DNA of 64,000 bases from Epiperipatus broadwayi (taxonomy: Eukaryota > Animalia > Onychophora). Below are positions 50,800-63,517 of the stretch, piece by piece (position 1 is the stretch's first letter; the number at the start of each line of letters is the position of its first letter). The translations under genes and the position numbers were made by a program. The stretch is from positions 1,240,001-1,304,000 of the forward strand of contig JAQFVV010000010.1 of the NCBI GenBank assembly GCA_028023455.1. The letters run 5' to 3'. The notes under the pieces were generated by a model that was not told the origin of the DNA, searched no databases, and saw nothing but the letters and a program-made list of their open reading frames with translations.

Positions 50800-53700
50800 G
50801 TCAATGTATAAATATTTAAATTGTCTCTGAAGTCTTAAAAGAATCAAGTAGAACAAATTCCTAATATCTACTTCATACATTCTTGTCATTGCAAATATAA
50901 TTGCAACATGATTATTCATAAAATCAATAAATGTGGATAGGTTAATCACCATCATGCATGAGTTTATTGGATTTTTAACCCTGAGTTTAAGATCAAGAAG
51001 GACCATGGTCTTTCTTCTCAATTGCCTTTATAGCTCTTAACTGAAATATCAGTTGAGTTTTCTTGAAGGTATGATTAATGTGTATGAGAATAGTCTCTTC
51101 TTTTTTTAATATATATTTGCAATTATAACAGACAAAAATAAATTTTGATCTCTATTTTCAGGAGGCTGGAAAGTTATCAGCCAAATCTGTGGTTAGCAAC
51201 AAAAGGCAAAGAGTGCTAATAATTCTCTGATTACAGATTCAAGTTGGCATTTGCAGACCTTTTGTTTAAATAACTACATCTACCATGAAAAATTGCATGA
51301 ATTGGAGAAGAGAAAAAACTATCTAATATCAAGTAGGACATTGTTGGACTTTGTAAAATTATGAGAAAAGGTGAAGAGCATTGATTTAAAAAATTGTCAT
51401 GTAATTTACCATAAAGACAGAAATATTGGAAATACAATGGAGTGGAATCCATTATATATAACAAGGGTAAGAATAATTTTGTGGAGATTAATGGCATATC
51501 AAACAGAATGACAAGATGAATGAAGATGACAAATGCAGATAATTCTGTTTATATCTCAACAAGTTCTCATTGTGATGAAGTAGAAGATTTTATATGGTAT
51601 ATAAAATGCTTTTGATCAGAAAAAACATTTTAAAATTGTCATAGGAGACTTTAAGACTTGGTAAACAACTGAAAGATTAAAGTATTGTGGGTAAAATTGG
51701 TTATGATGATGGAATTGAGATAGGATATAAAATTGCAGAGTTCACAGAAAAAGAAAAATTGTACATTATGAATTCTGTCTTTGAGAAAAATGTTAAATGA
51801 AAATGAATGTGGAAACATCCAAATGAAGGTATAGCAGAATTGGATTATATTTTGACTAATACAAAATATACATTTTAAGATTATAATATTATTAATAAAA
51901 TCAACTGAAAAAGTAATTATTGATTAGTGAGATATAAGATGTGTTAATGCAATATGAGAGACGCAAAAAACTATGAAAAAATCAAAATTAATGATTGATA
52001 TTCTTAATATTTAAAAACACTGTAATAAATTTAAATTTAAATGTGTAAATCATTTAGAAATATATTAATAGATTTTAATGATGGGTAGACTGGAATCAAT
52101 AAGTATATAACTGACATTCTGTCAAAAAAAACTGCGAGATAGCTGGTACAAAAATAACCCAGCAATTCTCCATTAAATTTTTTATTAAACAAAAGAACTA
52201 TAAAGACAAAAAGAAATGTGAATTTTTTTTTAAATGATTCATAAGGAAGAATATCTTGAATTTTATAAAATGATATAAAAAACAGTGAATTAGCAAGAAA
52301 AGCTACAAAAAAAAAAAAAAATTCAACAGTATTGACATTTTGGTATCAGAACAAAAATTATTTCTGCAATAAGAAGAAAAAATGAAACTATTACCAAAAA
52401 GAGAGATGACATCATGAAATGTTGAAAGAGTTCTATAAAGAATTAACAGTAATAAAAAAAATAGCATTTAAATGAAAAAGTAAGACACATAATTAAATAT
52501 GTTAATTAAGAAAAAAAATCTCCAGAAAATAATAGAATTATTATTGATATTTTAAAATAAGCAAGTGAAGAAATAGAAATATTGTTGGCAAAGTTAGTAC
52601 ATTAAATGTAAAATGATAAAGATTTACCAGATGATTGGAAGAATGCAGTACTAATGTTAAATTTAAGAAAATAATAAAGAATGTATTAGAAATTATGACC
52701 TATCAGTTCTATGCAAAATTTTAATCAAAATAATAACTCATCTACAGTGAACTTTAGATTCTACTCAATTAAATGAATAAATTAAGTTTAACAATAGTTT
52801 TAGTATAGAGGATAACATCCAAATTATTGAAAGACGTTATAGAAAGATTCAACGAATATGAACTGCCATTATATTTTGTTTTGCAGATTATGAAAAAGCA
52901 TTGAATCAACAAGATGTAAACTCAGGATTTATCATATTATAAAGAATATTCATCAAAATACAACAACAATGATTAGATTAAAGTGATACTAAAATAATTA
53001 ACATTGAGGGGGAAGTACAAAGAGGTGATTTTATATCTTTAAAACTTTTTAAAGCAGTTTTACAAGAAGTATTATGTATATTAAAATGAGAAGATAAATA
53101 AATATAAATAAATAGATATTATTTAAGTCATCCAGATTTTACAGATGATATGATTGTTTTTTAAAACAATGTTTTACAGTTTCAAAAAATATTGCAAAAA
53201 TTATCAGATGAAAATAAAAAAATAGAACTAAAGACAAATAAAAAATAAAAATGATAATGATAAATTAGAAGTTAACAACTACAAATACTTTGGTCAAATT
53301 ATTAATCAAGAAATTAATCATAGAATTAAATTTGGATGGGTGCTGAAAAACTGAATATTAAACGGAAATATGCCTATATGTTTGAAGAAAAAAAAGTTTT
53401 TAATAAATATGTTTTCCTAATTCTTACTTATAGATGTGAGATCTGGATACTTAACAGAAAATCAATAAAAAAATTTCAGACCACACAAGAAAGAATCAAA
53501 AAAGAAATACATGTGTATGAGACTGTATCACTGATGACAGTGGAAAAATTAAGATACTGAAATGGAACTGGGATGGAATATTGCTTAGAAGAGAGATGAT
53601 AATATATGGACAGTTAAAGTTTTAAATTGGATATCAAAAGATTGTAAATGATTAAAATAAGATTATATGTGAAATGGGTGTATGAAATAAGAAAGTTTGC

Positions 53701-53800
53701 TTATATGTTATGGAAAAGAAAAGCTAGGAATAGAAATAACTGTTTAAACTTGGGAGAAACCTGCAGTAGAATGAGTGGTTGAAAATTATGATGATGATAT
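50800..53800 (+). mobile_element. RTE-clade LINE, near full-length, heavily decayed copy
   Basis: 5' UTR homologous to 28270-28530. APE N-terminus (LSNIK*DIVGLCKIMRKG). RT remnants (~52600-53400). 3' end aacctgcagtagaatgagtggttgaaaattatgatgatgat. Confidence 0.85.
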
Positions 53801-54899
53801 TTACAACTCTGAAAAAGATTATTCTGCAGTTAAAACTATAAATACAAAATAATTACTTGTAAATGGTTGCATAAATATTTTTAGCATAATACAATTAATT
53901 CAAAGTATAAGAAAAAAAGTGAAAAAATAAATACTTCAAATAATGTAAGACATGTCTAAATTCTAATATCATTTTCAAATAATAACAAAAATAAATTTTA
54001 TAACATATAATAACAACATTCCACTTTTCTTACACTTTAAAGCAAAATATATTTATTAACTTATAGTTTCGACTATAAATAAATTTTGGAATATATATAT
54101 TACCTGAAGTAAATATCATTTTACAAAAATAATAACTATGTAAAAAAACTATGAAGTGAAATTTTATTTGAATTAAATAAATTTCTATACTATGTTATTT
54201 CAAAAATCACACTATATAAATAACTATATAAAGCAAGTGTTTGTTTTATGTATTATATAATAAATTGTGATTTCAATACAAGATATTACAATAATTTATG
54301 TAAAAAGTATTGTACAACACCACTATCTGAGGATTGGGTACAAAAAAAAGTATTATAAGTACATATTTGTTTTTATAAAAAAAATGATTCATCTTTACAA
54401 AAACAATAAATCGCAATAATATATATATTTACTAACCAAGCTATTGTAAGCTTAAACATAATATTCAGAAAACATGATAAATTACACTAAGCTGACATAT
54501 TTAAGGTCATGGGTTTACATATGAGAATATTTTATAATGAAGCTCTAAATATATGAAAGTAAAATAATTTGGCTAACAATATTCAGAAATTTTAACCTTC
54601 TTATATATATATTCTACAGGGAGTAAAATTATATAACATTGAACAGTATCCAAATCAATAAGATATTCTTGAATAAGAATATCTTATCTTAAAAAAATAT
54701 CCATTCATTTGCTGTTTAAAAGTGGCCCATGAAATCTCAATAATTTTAATCCAGTTAAGTGTGCAGGTTATAGAAGATATGTAGTACTACTACTATGTTT
54801 TTTTGAATCAATATTTATTAACAGTGAACAAATTGATCATTATTTTTAAAGAAGATAGTATTGACTAAAAATAATATTTAACAATGGAGTAAATTTGCT

Positions 54900-55990
54900 C
54901 TTTCTAAATTTCAATTTCAATTAGTAAACACCTATAATGAATTCATGCAGAATAATGACTCAAGAAAATGTCATATTATAGCTTCTCAAATTTGTCCCAG
55001 CTTTATTTCACAATTAAGAGATTAAAATAATATTGAAAAATAGACAAAAACTTTGGGTAGATTAAGATACTGATATAAACATTTTAACATTGTAGTATCT
55101 TGTAAATGTAATTTTGGAGAAGCTAATGATAAATTTGTTGTAATCTATATAATTTTATAGTAATTTCACTTGTGATTTATGTTTTTAGTTAGAATCTTTA
55201 TAATGTCAGTTGCTTGTAAAACATTGTTTTTCTACTACAGTTAATCAAGTTTCATTATCTTCATCAAATTAAAATTACAAGATGATTTCTTATTGTTTAG
55301 ATGAAAATTTGGTCATACTATCTTCAGAAACTTCAAACAGATTCACCTTTCTTTTTACTTTTTCAATGCTTATTTTATTAATCCATCTGATAGTTTCAGT
55401 TGCCCAATAATCTTCCTCTGATCTCTCCTTATTATTCAATTTTGAGTAAGAATGCTGGGCGATTAAAACTGTCAGATGGATTTATTTTAATAAAATAAGC
55501 ATTGACAAAATAAAAAGAAAGGTGGATTTGTTTGATTTTTTTATAATTTTATCAAGGCATGAAGAAAGGTAAGTTGATAATATTCTTCAGAAACTTCTTG
55601 ATAGTCAATTAAATACAGTATTATCAAGAGAAATATTACTTGTATATTCAAATCTGTTTCTTTGCAATGGCTTCCTGATCACATACATATTCCTTTGTTA
55701 AATATCAGAAAAGAAGTTGCCTCTTAGAAAACCTATAAAACAAAATATTAAGCAAATTGGACTTGCCAAAAACTCAAAATGTACATTCAATATCTAAGAC
55801 TGATCTGAAATTAGGATTCTTTTTTTTTTTTTGGGGGGGGGGGGGTAATTAACCAAATTCTTTTTCCAGATACAACAATAAATCCAGCTGGATTTGATCT
55901 TATAGTTGCAAATCTCAACAATGTTCATCTACTCACAAATGGAAATAGCATCCACTGATTTATTTAAGTGTGGTCACCTATGAACTACAT
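54900..55990 (-). mobile_element. Decayed inverted homologue of the 58.4-59.7 kb PLE-like remnant; hosts the 55335-55583 insertion
   Basis: Minus strand aligns with 58555-58870 over two blocks: aagatcaaatccagctggatttattg..tctggaaaa, and ttttctgatat...ggaatat...aatatttctcttg. Confidence 0.4.
55335..55583. mobile_element. 249-bp non-coding inverted-repeat insertion with 14-bp TSD
   Basis: ~80-bp arms at 55335-55410 and 55453-55533, a ~43-nt spacer and a ~50-nt unpaired extension. tcttcagaaacttc at 55321-55334 and 55584-55597. Confidence 0.75.
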
Positions 55991-56940
55991 AGTTAATGAC
56001 TGACAAATGTATGGTTAATTAGTGAAACTATCTTCTACTTGGAATCTTTAAGATTTCTTTATAATATTTTGTTAATAGTTAAGCTGTTAAAAAAAATCCA
56101 TATAATAAATAAAATAAACATTATTAAATACAATCAAATGCAATGCATATAATGGTATAGCTGATTTCTTGGGAGGCCATGTGATATTCAAGCTTACTAA
56201 TAGCAGTTAGGATTTAAAAGTTCCATATTCATATGAGAGTCTTTTTGAACCCTTAAATTCTGACTTTGCTACAACTTAATCTCGTTTACATTCAGACAAA
56301 TATAAGTAAGATGTTTCTGGTCATACATATAAAATTGATGTCAATTTTTTTTATTTAATTCATTTAAATCTTCATTGGTTCTAGTCGTAAAAAAAAAGTG
56401 TTTATACTAGAATGTAAGTGCATTTTTATATTACAGGATATCAAAAATGTAGGGCTAATATGTCAAGTGATTCTGATAAATTACCCAATGTCCTAAATAC
56501 ATACATAATTTGATCTTAGTAATAGTAAAATCTAATGAAAACAATATAAAATAATTACAAAATTGTAAACTTTATGGAGTTTGTCATATATAGGTGCATA
56601 ACATATAGTATATCTGCATATATATTAAACTTGGATACATTTTATAGAAAATAAACTTGCTTCCGATAATATATATTGTGTGAATTTCTCTGATCAAGCG
56701 AGATTGGAATAATTAGTCATCAATAACGCTTGATTATCATTGGTGGTAATTTCCCATTGCTTGCCATTTTATATTCAAATTTAGAACTACATTATACTTT
56801 AATTAATTAGGCCCACACAATTTATATCAAGGAATAACAATAAATAAACTGTATGCCCGATTAATCGAGTTAACGTAAAATTATTTTATCTACTAATTTT
56901 GATGTGGAATATATACATGTTCATTTTATTTATATACCAG

Positions 56941-57012
56941 AAAATTACTTTTGACTTCTAATCACCGAAAAGCTCTCGAAGAAGCGTTTATCTGTGAAAT
57001 AACTGATGCCAG
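56941..57012 (+). CDS. Putative 72-nt exon, unknown product
   Basis: Acceptor tttatttatataccag, donor CAG|GTACCC, frame KLLLTSNHRKALEEAFICEITDA, phase-compatible with 57507. Confidence 0.22.
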
Positions 57013-57506
57013 GTACCCGCAATTATAATGTTAAAGGTTTTTTTTTTTTACAAAATACAATTAAAATAATATTAAAAATAATCACAATTTCTATTAAAAA
57101 CATGCACACACAAAATAAATTAACTAATTGATATATGCAGAACTAATAAATAAAATTTACGGCAGAACTTAGATCTCGATTTTAAAAAATTACAAATTTT
57201 TTTGTTTTGCTTTCATTTATTACTTTATTTACTTGAATGTTAAAATATTATTTAAATATGTTTATTTAATATATAGATAAATATACAAAACACAATAATA
57301 GAAATCTATAAATACCCCCCAAAAAAACTTACCCAAAAGGATTAGAGTATAAAGAACTTGATGGCTTTCCTGGCATATGGATTCTCATTTCAATTGTTTA
57401 ATATCTACATAAATAATATTTTTTATTGTTCCTTTAGAAATTATAAGAAAATTATCTAAATAGATTAAGAATCCATAATTTTTCTTAGCTAAATATTTTT
57501 TTCCAG

Positions 57507-57699
57507 GCTTCGCACTCCACAACAGCTTTCTAGCACGCAGTTAACAAACTCTAAGGCATTTCTTAAAAATAAACCGGTTTTTCTTGAAAAACACGGGAAG
57601 GGCCATGTTAATAACATTGATAGCTGCAGAGTTCGAAATTACTGTCGCATTTTATTTTACTTTTCACATTGCGATTATTTAACCCACGTTTTTTTTTTT
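57507..57699 (+). CDS. Putative exon / stop-free frame, unknown product
   Basis: Acceptor atattttttttccag, then LRTPQQLSSTQLTNSKAFLKNKPVFLEKHGKGH... open for ~64 codons. The donor is not clear, and the region could instead be a promoter. Confidence 0.2.
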
Positions 57700-57993
57700 T
57701 AAAGAAAAACTTAAATATTTTGACTTAAATTGTAATCAGTTACTTGATAAATTTTAAGCACATCTGCATGCTCAGGCATTTTATCTCTATAGCTAAAATA
57801 TATACGGTTAAACCTACGTTACTTTGATTAACAAATGGTATAATTATTCATCTGTTAAAAATTAATGAGGAAAAAAATAGTATTGGAATTTTTTTTCTGA
57901 AATAAATTTTGTTAATTATGGAAAATGCGAATTTATTTGTAATAAATTAAGCACAGTTTACATTAAAATTGTTTAATTAAAAGTTATATATAT

Positions 57994-58064
57994 GATGGAA
58001 ATTGAATTCTGACCACATGGAATTTATAGAGTCTGAGCTTCACCACTGTACCAAATCACACAGG
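57994..58064 (-). mobile_element. Degenerate tRNA-like SINE head
   Basis: Minus strand: tggtacagtggtgaagctcagactctataa...gtggtcagaattcaatttcc, with A- and B-box-like motifs at tRNA spacing. Confidence 0.35.
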
Positions 58065-58384
58065 CAACAATATAAGTGGTCACTTCTAAAATCTTTATGA
58101 TCTCTAACTTTCATTTACACTTTTTTATATCTTATTACCTTTAATTAACTTAGTTTATTGCAAGTATCAGATATCTTCACGAGCTTCTCTGACACCGAGT
58201 ACCTTTCTCATTTAATTCCAGTAATTATATTGCATTATATTTGTTAATTAATTACGCAGCAAATCTAGCTTATTTTCCTTTTGCATGCATATATGTCTAA
58301 GTTTGTAAAAAGAGTAACTATTTATTGATTGATTTTTTTTTTTTTTTTTACATTGCTTAAGTATTAACAAAATATAATGAAACA

Positions 58385-59735
58385 TGTAGAGATCGCAACC
58401 AGGAGATACATTCAGTGTAGCTTATTAAGACCTTCAATTTTAAAAGTCATTAATTATGTGTTTCATAATTTATATTATCCACATTTATATAGATCAGTGA
58501 CTGTTAAATTCCAGTTATGAAACAGATAATGCAACGATCATGGATTGATATAGGTTTATTGATGAAACTTTGGTTGTGTCTGACAAGAACAAATCCAGCT
58601 GGCTTTATTGTAGGATCTGGAAAAGGAAATTTGTTTGGAATCTCATAAGAAATTATTTTTTTACATATAATTATTTAATTATAGATTTTTGATTTAAGAT
58701 TTAAAAATGGATATTCATTTGATATAAGAAGTTATAAAACTATATATTGAGTTAACTTCTACATTTTCTATGAAACAGCATTTTTTCTGATATCTATTGC
58801 AGGAATATTAAAAGAACAAGGAACTGTTATAAAGGAGTATATTGAAATGCACCAGCAATATTTTTCATGGTATCCGAGTGTCCAGAAGTTTAATAGAGTC
58901 ACAGCATTCACTAGTAGAATTTGCTACAGTTAATTAAATCATTTGTAAATTACTTACAATACATCCCCAAATAATGATAGTCAACATTTCACAGAGATTA
59001 TTTTTTAGAAATTAATTTTGATATAACTTTACCATAAATATAAAAAATGTCACATTATGATCCAAGCTTATTTCTGAATAGCATATGATAGGAGTGGATT
59101 TCAACTATTTAAAAAGATTATTTTCAAATTACTAGAGATTTCTCTGTTATTTAGTTAAAAGCTGAGCATATTTTATCTTCACTGGATTAGAAATAAGATC
59201 AGTTTTTAAAAAATATTCTTTTCATATCCTTATTCATAGCAATATCATTTTCTGCATTCTAATTCTGGAAAATCATTGATGAATATATTAAACAAAATGA
59301 GAGAACTAAATCCTGAAATAAACTTTTCTGCAAAATTTTGTATCTACTCTGATTATCATTTGCTATTATTTAATGCATAAAGTACTATCAATAATGATTC
59401 ATTTATAACTAGATCTGAAGTATGGGTTTTATCACACAGCATTCTTGGTAGTGACAAAACAGTGGTGGAAAATTTTTGAAATTTTTATCAGTGATTTTGC
59501 ATGAGATAGCACAATAAATAATGAGTCACTTAAACTAGGTCTGAAATATGAGGGTTATTCTTTGAGATTTCCTTGAAAATCAATAGCATAGAAAAGTATG
59601 ATGAGATTAAAGATAATTATTTCATTTTTTTCTAAATATAGGCACATATAATGCGTAAATTTTTACTTGATATGGCTGCTCAAAATCTGATGATAGAACA
59701 GCACTGGCACTTGGAAAAAAATTGTTCAAGTTTTA
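58385..59735 (+). mobile_element. Decayed Penelope-like element (RT remnant, possible 3' hammerhead relic)
   Basis: EIAT/GDTFSVAY (~58390), *YRFIDETLVV (58546) and an open frame 58751-58930 ending HQQYFSWYPSVQKFNRVTAFTSRIC, in PLE RT motif order. CTGATGA...GAAA at 59687-59717. Confidence 0.4.
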
Positions 59736-60602
59736 AAATAATATAGCTATGCTCAGTTAACAGTGAAGTAGTGAAATAAGACATAACAATGTATACTACT
59801 TCAAGTATATGCTATGCAAAAAAAAAAATGGAAATAAAAAAAAAGTAAAATTCATAAATTTAATAAATGTTATAATGTTCCAGCAGTCTTTTTTTTTTTT
59901 TTTGCCTTTGAGATAAGGAACTTGAATATTGCATTTATTAAAAATATTTGTTCAGGCTAAGCTGAAAGCACATATGTCATTTTTGTTTCACTTTTTTCAT
60001 TCTGAAAATACAATATTTATTTTAAAATATTTTCTAAGAATAAGGCCAGAAGTTTTATGAAATTTAAGAAATTTCGTGAAATGTCTTTTCTTACGTGATA
60101 AAATGAAAGATATCAATTATGTAGGGGAAAACCTGTAAAACATTCATACATTGCATCAGAAGACTTAAAATTTGAAGAATTTGAAATGGAAAATAGCAAA
60201 TAGAAATGATTATATAGATTCTGATTAATATAGTCTTAAAAACAGCATGGTCATAATTCTGTTAATAATGAAACTATTATGATATCTCTAAAGTTGAAGG
60301 GGAGTTATTTAAAAAAAATATACAGAATGTTCAATTGTAATGAATTTTTATATTTTATTATTTTATTTTTTAAATAATAGAGATAAAAAAAATTTTTTCT
60401 ATTAAATGCTTTTATTGACTGTGCATTAAATAGAAAAAAAAATAATTGTTTGTCCAACCACAATTGGGTTTTTTTAATTTAACTTGAAATAAAACCATTG
60501 GGGGGGGGGGTAATTAAATCAATCACTATTGACATAATAAATGCAAATGTAAAACTGCATTGTACTTTAAATCGACTGGACACTTATAGTTGATATATAT
60601 TG

Positions 60603-61860
60603 ATATGGTAGTTTTTCATCTCATATTTAAATAATATGTTATTTAAGGATTTTCTATTTTCTTGAATTGAGAATTTTATTTTTTTATTAACAAAAGTTTA
60701 AATTTAAATAATTTGTTATCTTTTAAGCAATCTAGGTTAAAAGTTTTTTTTTTGTTAATTAAACTTGAAAGTTAGTTTAATCAAGAGTAAATACTTTTAA
60801 GATAGGCTTTAACCTGAATCTTATGCACCTTGAAATTTATAATAGTCAAACAATATCTTTAATTGCCAATAGAGGGATCTCTCAAACCATGGCATAAGAT
60901 AGTGGCTTTTATAAAGATAAAAATGGCTGTCTTATTTTTAACCTAACTTTCCACTTATATAAGCCAATCCAAAGCATCTTGATTTGGGAACATGAAGCTG
61001 TTATTCTCTCCACTATTTAAGTCCACTATTTTCTTTACAAATTAACATTTGTGAAATCTTGGGTGGTTTGAGAGGTCCCTCTATCGACAATTAAAGATAT
61101 TGTTTGGCTATTATAAATTTCAAGGTGCATATGATTCAGGTTAAAGCCTGTCTTAAAAGTATTTACATATACTTCCTGTGCACTTAATAAATAATTATAA
61201 CATTATAATAGTTTATATATTCCCAGTATAAAGATCATAATATTAATTCGTAAATTGCAAGATTTCACAAATGTTAATTTGTAAAGGAAATAGTGGACTT
61301 AAATAGTGGAGAGAATAACAGTTTCATGCTCCCAAATCAAGATGCTTCAGATTAACCTATATAAGTGGAAAGTTATGTTAAAAATAAGACAGCCACTCTT
61401 ATCTTTATAAAAGTTGTTATCTTGTATTGTGGTTTGAGAGGTCCCTCTATCTGCAATTAAAGATATTGTTTGACTATTATAAATTTCAAGGTGCATATGA
61501 TTCAGATTAAAGCCTGTCTTAAAAGTATTTACACATACCTCCTGTGTGCTTAATAAATAATTACAACTTCAATCACGAGTACAAACTGTGCTTTTTTCTA
61601 AAAATCAAGTTCTATTGTGAAGTATTAATTAAAAATGAAATGTTATGATTCTGTGTGTGATAAGTGAGTTTTTAATTATAATTAAAAAAAAAAAAAAGAC
61701 ATCCAGATCCAGAATGAAAAAAAAATCTACTGTTGATAAGATATTTGTTGACAATAGCCTAAAAACATTTTCTTTGTTCTTTTCTTTGAAAATGCAATTT
61801 TAAAAAGGCTAAGTGAAACAAAGGGGAATGCTTATGGAAAGCTATAAAAGGAAAGAACTT
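60603..61860 (+). repeat. Interspersed repeat copy A (interrupted by the 60790-61567 insertion)
   Basis: 60603-60789 and 61580-61860 align with 63518-64000. Confidence 0.8.
60790..61567. mobile_element. Non-coding insertion: inverted + partial-tandem array of a ~366-bp unit with degenerate 14-bp TSD
   Basis: Left arm 60790-61061 is the reverse complement of 61257-61529. gtggtttgagaggtccctctat... repeats at 61063 and 61429. TSD tttaatcaagagta (60776-60789) / ttcaatcacgagta (61568-61581). Absent from the paralogue at ~63695. Confidence 0.8.
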
Positions 61861-61988
61861 CTTTTGTTCAGGGTAGATAGTCATATGGATAGTCACGTAT
61901 GTATAAAGTGATAGATAGGAAGTAGAGGAGAAGACAGAAGATTATTAGGACTCATAATAGTGATTTTAAAATAATATTGCTGGGCTAA

Positions 61989-62243
61989 AGACATAAAGTC
62001 CCTCCTGCAGGATCTCTGTATACCTCAAAATGTCCCTTTGCAGATGAGGAAGAAGCTTTAGATAAAGAACTGGTGTTATAACTATCTGAGATCAGCAAAA
62101 GTAATTGTACAACTCCATATGCAAAGAAACAGTGGTGTACAAAAATAGTGAAAGACCCCTTTCTTAATATCACATCCAGACAGATGTACACTAGGACTAA
62201 GCCATTAATGTCAAATAGTAACAGCACTACATCAGAAAGGATG
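61989..62243 (+). pseudogene. 85-codon protein-like frame with one stop, ending at a splice donor; product unknown
   Basis: RHKVPPAGSLYTSKCPFADEEEALDKELVL*LSEISKSNCTTPYAKKQWCTKIVKDPFLNITSRQMYTR...ERM|gtaaat, with TAA at 62079-62081. Confidence 0.3.
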
Positions 62244-62701
62244 GTAAATATGAACATTTATTTTAAAGGAACTATAGGCTTTTAATATAATTGAAACTCA
62301 TTTGTTTTCTGTCATACATATGACATTTTAGTGATAGGCATTTCACAAAAAAAAAAAGATTGTGTTTCTACAAAGCTTGTTAAGAGTTTGTTTTGTGAGC
62401 TTTATATATAATATTTATAAACACAAGCTTATTAAATTAGGTCTTGTGACACTCTAACTTGATTTTTTTGTAATTTCACATTAACTAATTTGTATAATTT
62501 TAAATTAAGAATCCTACTGTATAAGATTTGTCCCTATTTTATTTTATGTCCTTATTGAGTTTGGGTGAATCTATAAGTCTTATGTGTCTTAAATAGATAA
62601 GTTAAAAGAGGTAATATAGTAACAGACTGACTTGTTATCAATATAAGATGGGGCTTTGAGAAAACCGAGAGTAATTTCTCAATTTAAATTATGTTTTTCA
62701 G

Positions 62702-62732
62702 GCCATCTCCAAGGTAGGAATAGAACACTTGG
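62702..62732 (+). CDS. Putative 31-nt exon
   Basis: Acceptor atgtttttcag, donor GG|GTGAGT. AISKVGIEHL is in phase with the donor at 62244. Confidence 0.2.
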
Positions 62733-63517
62733 GTGAGTAATGACAGGTAGCTAAAACAGTGCTATCCTTCATTGAACAGAGATCATTGGAAGCATCTCAT
62801 GCCTCCATCTTCAATGCTAAAAAATGGATATGTACTTATTCCCTCAGTTGAAATAATGTTATATAGAAAATTAGTTTGTTAATATAAAAAAAAGAATGTG
62901 TAATAAAGGGTGAAAGTGGGTTTGGCACATTTAGATTTACCAGATTTTGCTTTAAGACTTAATAAAGGTTTGGGTTCAGAAAATTAATGTCATGTATGTA
63001 TAATTGATTTTCTTATGTGATTAAAATTTAACACATGATTGTATATTAAGCTACCTTGTATTATGGTTATTTTATTTATATAAAAAGGAAACTAGAGAGT
63101 TACTTTATGCCATGGATATTCAGGTTTTAGTAAGATATTGCTTGGTGTGGCATAACTGTGCCATTAATTAAATTAACACCAGGTTCCACTGAGATTTAGA
63201 TAGTAATTCTTGCAGACCTGGTTCTAGCTCAAACATCTAGTGGCACTCTCATGTGGTTATTTGTTCTTACCATACATCAATTTGAACCACCACATAGGAT
63301 GAAGAACCATAGAAATAGAAAATGGTGTCCCTATGTAATTGACCTTGAACAATGAGAGCAGCCTGAGTGAAGGTGTAGGGAAGTAAAAAATGCTGCATTG
63401 ATGGATAGGGTAAAGGATTGAGGTAGGATCCAGGGGTGAAATGTAAATAGGGTAGAAGGAGTAAAATGCTTGTCTTTATTATATTTTTTATAATTATTTC
63501 CCTGAGAAAGGGGTAAT

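Noticed and set aside
55385-55435. Hammerhead in the spacer of the 55.3-kb insertion (CAGAGGA...GAAA, minus strand)
   Set aside because: Core U4 and U16.1 are missing and stems I/II do not pair convincingly
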